Shown: positions 46,413 to 64,000 of the stretch, piece by piece | Numbering within the stretch: position 1 is the first letter of the stretch | Layout of the letters: every line of letters begins with the position of its first letter | Assembly: GCA_040954595.2 (NCBI GenBank) | Contig: CM082578.2 | Location: 12,648,520-12,712,519, forward strand | Reading direction: 5' to 3' | Length of the DNA: 64,000 nt | From: Balanoglossus misakiensis | Lineage: Eukaryota > Animalia > Hemichordata | Notes under the pieces: model-generated | Database searches by the model: none | What the model was told of the DNA's origin: nothing | Seen by the model: only the letters and a program-made list of their open reading frames with translations | Position numbers and translations under genes: made by a program

Positions 46413-49400
46413 GTCGTCGTCGTCGTCGTCGTCGCCCCCCCGTCTCACCCCACCACAGTACCATGGTTGAAATTTGCAGCGAAAAAATATATTAAATGTG
46501 TAATATAACATCAAGTCAAAATGTGATGGAATTCTTTGCGTCCAATTCCAACGCCACGCGCATTTATCGTTTTATCGTTATCGGAAGCAGGTTAGCACCT
46601 CGGGGCATAACTTCCTCGGCATGTCGTCTTGTCAAGGTCTTTAAAATATTTCGCTCATCATTCTACTCGTTAGCCTCAATTTACAAGGCACGATCCAGTC
46701 GCGTATATTTTACATATCTTAGTGATTCCCTGCGACGTTCATCGCTTATGTCATTGACGTCACAGGAAATGGCCGCTCATTGACGTGTGTTCTGACAGTT
46801 ATCCAAACTTGGCATGTACTGTACCAACCGAAATAGATTGGTTAATATTTGATATGTAACTCGATTCCTTTTACAAGTCGTCGTCACAAAAATCTTATAA
46901 CCTGTATCATGGGAATGATATGCTGTTATTACTAGGAATAAAGTCCCTCACTCAAGTGTTAATAAAGGTCACAGGTTCGAGAAGCACCAATCTCTTAATT
47001 CGGACACGCATAAATATAGAAAATGGCATTATCAGAGACTTTCCCTCCGAAAATGGCAAAAATAAAAAACAAGGGACTTTGCTATACCCCATTGACCTTT
47101 ATTCTTAATCTCTGTTTCAGGTTGGTTTGAAGCACTCGGGCGATTCTCTCTCCCGCAAAGTTGCCACAATGTTCAGAACTTTCAACGAGATGAAAGATTC
47201 AGGCGCCCTCAGCGACGTCAGCGACGTGGAGTTTGAGTATGAATCGGACGAGGAGAGCCAGACGACGAACCCCAGCTCGGCTGGTTCTCTCGAAGACGAC
47301 GAGGATTACCTTCTCGGCGACAGGAGCCGGGAGCTGAGGCGGGAAAGTTGTCCGGCAAACTCCCTGGACTCCGGATACTACTCGAGGGCGTCCGATTCGT
47401 CGTACGGTCGACCAATGAGGCCGGGCACGCTGTTCATATCTCCACCAATCAGCGGGGAGGAAGACAATTCGGGCGACGAATCGCACACGTCCAGCGAAGA
47501 AGAAGAAAACGAGATTTCCCACCACAGCCGGTGTTCCTGTTGCCCGCCCTCGCCGACCAACAGCATTTCAAGCGCGGGATCCTTTTGCTCCTCCAGAAGT
47601 TCGTCAACGTCGTCACTTTCGGACAGTAGTGACGATGAAGTATGCCAGCAAGGAGACGGTGACGTCATGGGGACCCAGAGTAGCCAGGGCGCAGGTGCAG
47701 AGAGGAAGGTGGCCATGGAGCAGTTGGAGAACGAAACGGACGGAGCGACGTCTGGAGAAAGCGGTGCCTCTAAACCCTGGCGCCCAAGGCGGTTGAGTCC
47801 GGTGTATGAGCAGTCGCAGGGCTCGCACGATACAGGGAGTGCGCCCTTCATTCCCACGCTCGTCTTCAAGAGATCGGGCAACGCTGACGAAGAGGCAGAA
47901 GAGCCGCCAGTCGAAGCGAAGGAGGTTCACCTGAGCACCATCGAGGAGAGCTTGGACGAACTGCCCTCACCGGTGGACAGCGACCTCTCAGAACGGCGGA
48001 GTCCGGACGGTTCCGCCGCCGACAATGACGTGTTCGAACAGGAGCCTGTAAAGACCGAAATCGAGGTTGCGACAGTGACCGCCGATGTGGAAAATGAAGC
48101 GGAAGCCGAGAGAAAAAGTGTCCAGCAACTGAGGGCGGCTTTCCAGAAGATGGAGAACCGTTCACCGAAGGAAAAGGGCCACCATGCCCACAAGCACGCC
48201 AAAAAAGACAAACAGGCCACCGCCGAGAAAAAAGACGTTCCGAAAGCCAACGAAAACGAGAAAGGAAAGTCTGCCGCAGTTCAGAAAACCATCGGCAACA
48301 CAGAAAGTGAAGATCGTACAACAAAGCCTGTGCAAAGTGAAAAGAAGAGCGAAAGGAAGAAAAGCCACAAAGAAGAAGGCGACAAAAAGGAAGATTCAAA
48401 CGAGCATGCGCCGAACCAAGAAGGTGAAGAAAACCAGGACGAAAAAGTGTTACCTGTCGCCGAGCGTAGAAAATTATTTGACCGCAAAACAACTGGGTCG
48501 CCGGGCAGTCTGACTGTTCCGAAGAAGCACGTTTCGAAGAAACACACGTGTCCCGTGCACCACAACCACCACACGAAGGAGAAAACCATGGACAAGAGAA
48601 AAGAGGTGACTGCCGAAAACACCAAGAAGGGGGTGGACGTTGCAAAGTCATCACCGCCCAGATCAAGTAGCGGCAATAGAAAGGAGCTCGTTGAAAGCAG
48701 GTATCAGGAAGTTGAAGAACCCGACAAGGAGACGCTGGCGGCTCAAGTGAAAGAACTGAAGAACTGGTGGAAAAGCCAGCAGGAGAAGAAAGATGGCGTC
48801 GGTGGCGATAAACAGAAGAAGGGTGAAGGTGTGACTCAGTCAAGACTGCTCGACGAGCTCAGCCGGTCTCGCAACTACACCCCGAGTGCCGAGTTCTTGT
48901 CGAAAAACGAAGAGTTGATAGCGTTGCAGCCGGTCTACAGTCGGGTTCAGTACGGGAAGCCCGGCTCCAGGCCAAAAAGGGTTATCGTAATACCGTCACT
49001 CCCAACGCCAACCGAGGAAGAAGCCCGCACTATTGGCGGAGACCAATACGTGAAGATGTCTCCCGTGCTCAGCCGACTGCAGCAGTCACGCGCAGCGAAG
49101 GAGGCGGGTACAGCGGAGTGTCCATCGCCGGTAGCAGAAGGGTACAAGTTGATGGGGCCGGTCAGGGGAAGTACCAAGCCTTCCAGACCAGAGATAACGT
49201 CAAAGATACGACAGCGGAAGACGCGCGAGCCGTGCCGGGTGGCCAACATCATCTCCCCGGATGACGATTCCGGAAGAGTCGTGTGCATGCAGCCGGTGCG
49301 TAGTCAGGTATATCGGCGCGAAAAGAGCCTCCCGCCGGACATGCGACTGGAGAGCGACAATCCCGCCTTTACGCCGCTCACGAAGCGCCCCGACATCGCC

Positions 49401-50471
49401 AGGAGGTGGAGCTTTACACCCGAGGAGAACAGGCAGAAGGACTACGTCTCGCAGAAGCGACGCCACTGTGTCGGAAGCGATCCCTATGCAACTGGGTCAG
49501 CCCTAGAACTGCCCGTACCGAAGACCCCGTCGAAGCAGAAAGCGGGTTCGGATCCACGCCAACCGTCATCGGCAGCAAAAATTGTTCTGTCCGCGAAACC
49601 CGACAAAGTGCAGGGGCTCTTCAAGGAACTCCAACAGATGGACGACTCGCAGGACAAGGAGCAGGAGAGCGCACCTTCGACGCCGCAGAAAACCGCCCAG
49701 TACGGGAACTTCGTCTTCGTCAAGGAGAACAGAGTCAAACAGATGCCGGACGGAACGACGAAGGACTCGAAGTGTCTGAAAATTGTGGTGAAAAGCAAAA
49801 AGAAACAGAGCGAGGCGGACGCCGAGAAACAGAAAGAGAAGGAACCGGAAAAGGCCGCGGTGGCTGAGAAGCAAAGTCCGAGGACGGAGAACACGGAGAA
49901 GCGCGTAACCACGACGTTCACAACCGAAATAGGAGGGGTGCAGTCGCCGTCAACCTACACACCACTCATAACCAGAGAGGTGCCCATACTGATGAGAGAC
50001 ACTCCGATTTTCACCGGGAATGTACCCATTGTATTCGGGGACATACCGATAATCACGAGGGACGTGTCGTCCTCATCTTTCTCGTTCGATATCCCGGTGA
50101 TCACCGGCGGCATGTCCACGACCACGCGGGAAATCCCGATCACCGTGAACAGGCAGGTGGTGCCCATGACGTCGTCGGGCGCGGCGGCGGTCCACCGGCA
50201 GCAGAGCACCGAGTCGCACACCACCACGTCGTATCGGACGCGCATCGAGAACCCCGGGGGCGGCAACGTCATCGTGATCCGGCGGCAGAAGTGCTTCGAG
50301 CCCCGGCCGAGCCGAGTTATCACCAACTTCCAGATCGAGGTGCCCGGCGGCCAGAGAATACAGCGCCATTACGAGCACCAAGAAACGAGAGGCAGCGGTC
50401 AACCGAGCACGCATCAGTTGGGAAGCGGTCAAGTGAAGAGTACTTACAGATACACGTTCGATTCATCTTAA
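37415..50471 (+). CDS. Uncharacterised ~1172-aa protein: N-terminal LURAP/FAM89/FAM167-like helix plus a long disordered tail. Two coding exons, 37415-37582 and 47121-50471
   Basis: Exon 1 (ATG 37415, 168 nt, donor CTG|gtgagt) joins in phase 0 to acceptor tttcag|GTT at 47121, in frame with the 1114-codon ORF. The junction reads MDLSLKILKEEL|VGLKHSGDSLSRKVATMFRTFNEMK. The large exon has GC-rich third codon positions typical of real coding sequence. Confidence 0.8.
40478..40511. repeat. (GAT)n microsatellite
   Basis: Direct reading. Confidence 0.95.
46334..46435. repeat. Compound (CAT)n-(CGT)n microsatellite
   Basis: Direct reading; intronic. Confidence 0.95.
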
Positions 50472-52570
50472 ACTGTGTACATCAAACTTAAAAGAAAACA
50501 AACGAACAAAAAAAATATGAGCGCGACATGAAAGTGGTGCCATGGCAAAAGTAGACAACCAATTGTCTGCCACCATAATTTACTTTCCATGGAGTTTATC
50601 TATTAACTATATTTTGCGTAGTTAATGACACTGTCACCCATGTGCGACAGTCTCTGAAGTATTATGCAAATTATGCGACACTGCATTGCGTACTTTGCAG
50701 TTAACAAGAAGTGGATACCCCCACCACAGTCCAAATGGACTGCCATGCGGAAAAAGGACGAAAGATACTGATTTCAGAAACCCACAAAAAACACATGGAA
50801 AACACACGCCCTCTGGCGACCACACCGGTCCTGTATCTCGGTCACGGGTTTTGTCGGGCGAGGGGAGCGGTTATGTATTTACGGACGTCATCATCAATTA
50901 TTCTAATGCCCCAAAACACAAGGCTATGACACTCACGACTCGCTGTTTTGTAAGACCACAGTGCCTTGTAGGTTCTAACCAGTGCAAGTGCAACACCAGA
51001 AATAGCTTCATTTATAAGAAAGTAGCATTTTGATTAATCTTGAAAGTTGAAAGAATTTACAATTTTGCCGACAAATGTTCATGCTTGATAATGCAATACT
51101 TGTATCTTGGACTTGACGGTGAAACATTTCAACGAATCAGAGACTGAGGGGGGGGGGGGTTCTTTGTACCTGACGCGATATCAACAAAATATCAAAATGC
51201 GTCATTTTCACGCCCTGATGACTACAGGTCATTTCCTCGTTTTCGAAGTGAATCCAGAGAATTTACAAACCACTCCAGAAACATCAAAGTGGGCTTATGC
51301 CTCCTGAGGGCGCTTTTTACATCACATCACATCACATGACATTGCTTGCGTGAATTGCTGAAACTTATATTTACGAACTTTTGACTTTCGATATTTATTG
51401 TCCACGTGTTTTTACATGAACTCACTGTAACGCTGTAAATTTAAAAGTAGGCACGATTTCCAAGCAACTCCTTAAATTTTGTGCAATATGTCGACTTGAT
51501 GTACCTTAAGTTTGTTCATTCGGTAGCTACTCGTTTAGCAAAATTATTTAGACTAGAAATTCTCGTCCACCTTTACGTGTCCCACGTGTTCAACTGCATT
51601 TGTCAGCGCCGACTTCCGGGTTTACCCTATCCGGTGATCGTCAGCTGATATTTTCGATGGAGGGCGCCAAACAAATTATGACGTTGGAAATGTTGGCACA
51701 GAAGGCGTTTTCTTAAAATATACATGTACGTCAATTTGAACTTGAAACTCACTACTCATTAAGATACTACAAATCTGCGTGATTTCCTTGGCAAGTGTTT
51801 AGGACATTTTTGGGCGCCAACGTCTCTCATAAATATCAGCTGAAACGATCCCCAGTTTGAGGTTTAGTGTGTAGTATTTCGTAGTTTTGCATGGTAGGCA
51901 AAGTCAAGTTGCCCAGTTTTAGATAGAAAGTGTTAAGGAATTTGATGAATAAAAAAATACGTCTTGTAAATTAAAATGGTCAGCTTTTTGTCTTATGTTT
52001 TAGAGTTTTTCTTCACAGGAAACTCCGTCCCACACGCAATGAAAATTGAAATGATTTCATACATACCAAACAAACAAACAATGAAACGGCCTTGACACAC
52101 TTCAAGATTTGAAACCGACTTTGTGTGGATTTTCGACAGTCCCTGTGCCTTAACTACAGTAACCGACTCAGCCACAGTCATAGGCGGCATAAGCGACTGT
52201 CATGACAACAGTCTCGCCGTTGCGTTGCGATGCATACCAGAAGAGCCGGAACAGGCACATTACCCTTTCAGCTTTGCCCTCTGAACCTTTCGGTGCACCA
52301 GACGATGCATGCAGTGGAAGCCCCAAAACTCTGTCATACTGTGTCCACTTGCACCTCTTATTGTACCAAGGACCACTTGCACGTTGGCGTGGTCGTAACC
52401 AGATGTTCTAGTGAATAAATAAGTGTGTAGGCCTATCGGCGTGTCAATGTCTAACGTGACCTCCTGTCACGTCACCGGCCGGGGCATGTACATCATGGAC
52501 GTGGGAGGTTTATCCCCAGCAGTCAAATGACCCTGTCGTACGGTCACTCCCCCTGAGGACTAGTTGGACG

Positions 52571-62074
<9,504 letters not shown>

Positions 62075-62534
62075 TATCAAAAGGCGGGAAGTATACAAGG
62101 CAAACGCATAGCAACGGACACTGCATTTTACGCGTGAAATAACTAGTACAACAAAAATTTTGTTTAAAGCACAAAGAGACAAAATGGATAACACAAATGC
62201 ACAGATATATAGCATGATATGGGATACGAAACCTGCCGTTGCGATTCACGTACATAGCCAGGGAGTCTGCGCACAAGATTTGAGACATGTATAGAATTTG
62301 CATTGCGTTATTGGTGTTGATCTTGGTAATGAAGATGGAGAAATGGCATTTTTTGTGTGGTGAAAATTGTACTGTTTAATAAGTTAAGACACCTGAAAAC
62401 TTAAAATATATATTGTTCAGAATATGTCTCAATTGTGTCATTTTTAAATGCCGTCTGTCATATAAGAGGACACAGCTATACTGACATCTTAAAGCCCGTT
62501 GCTTTGTATGTCAACCTAGGTATGTGTGACTCTT

Positions 62535-62626
62535 ATACACACAGACATGCACACACACATGTACGTACGTGCGTACGTACAGACAGACATACAGAGAGAG
62601 AGATAGACAGACAGACAGATAGATAG
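62535..62626. repeat. Mixed (CA)/(GTAC)/(GACA)/(GATA) simple repeats
   Basis: Direct reading; lies in the spacer between the two ABCC genes. Confidence 0.8.
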
Positions 62627-62846
62627 TACCTCCATCGATAGATTGATTTCGGTGGACAGCCTGTTTTGAATCCTATACTTGCGGACGATTTTCCGGTTCA
62701 ACTGGAGTTCGCAAGTTTCGTCCAAATGTATCCAGTCCCCGCAAGAGGGCGCTAGTTCATAGTGACTGCCATGTTATTTGTCATTTTGAGATGCGAACTT
62801 CATGCTTGAGTCTTCGTCACTCTCTCCTGCGTTTTGACTTTTAGCG

Positions 62847-63843
<997 letters not shown>

Positions 63844-64000
63844 CTTCAAGCAAGCACACGATGGTGTATGTTAAAATCTAAGAGTCTTTTTTGTACCAGT
63901 TGAAGAACTCATATACGTGTATGTGGATGTACAAAGATGATATCTCAGCCATATACAAACTAATACATATTCAAATAAAATACTTCAGACCTTCCGTAAA

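Noticed and set aside
46261-46514. Poly-Ser / poly-Asp ORFs
   Set aside because: These are translations of the (CAT)n(CGT)n microsatellite in an intron; there is no splice or homology support.
47199-50432. Many long antisense and alternative-frame ORFs over the large exon
   Set aside because: Expected shadows of a GC-rich coding exon.

Overview
Eukaryotic (animal) genomic DNA: intron-rich and AT-rich, with mostly GT-AG introns. Gene content suggests a marine invertebrate deuterostome (inference). In order: a histamine N-methyltransferase-like gene (+; its apparent first exon is decayed and a fragment of its last exon is duplicated); muskelin MKLN1 (-) head-to-head with CPT2 (+); CFAP20DC/C3orf67 (-), carrying a 42-bp coding tandem repeat; a tandem pair of TMA7 genes (one canonical, one intact but fast-diverging) with structured, snoRNA-like introns; a two-exon ~1170-aa protein whose LURAP/FAM89-like helix is only assembled by splicing across a 9.5-kb intron onto a 3.3-kb disordered exon; a complete ~30-exon SUR/ABCC8-9-like ABC transporter (+); and the 3' end of a near-identical paralog in inverted, tail-to-tail orientation (-). 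Also two well-supported GC-AG introns, TTAA-flanked MITEs, CTCF-like motifs mostly at gene boundaries, and microsatellites. Exon boundaries were read by eye and family assignments come from remembered protein sequences; no database search was run.
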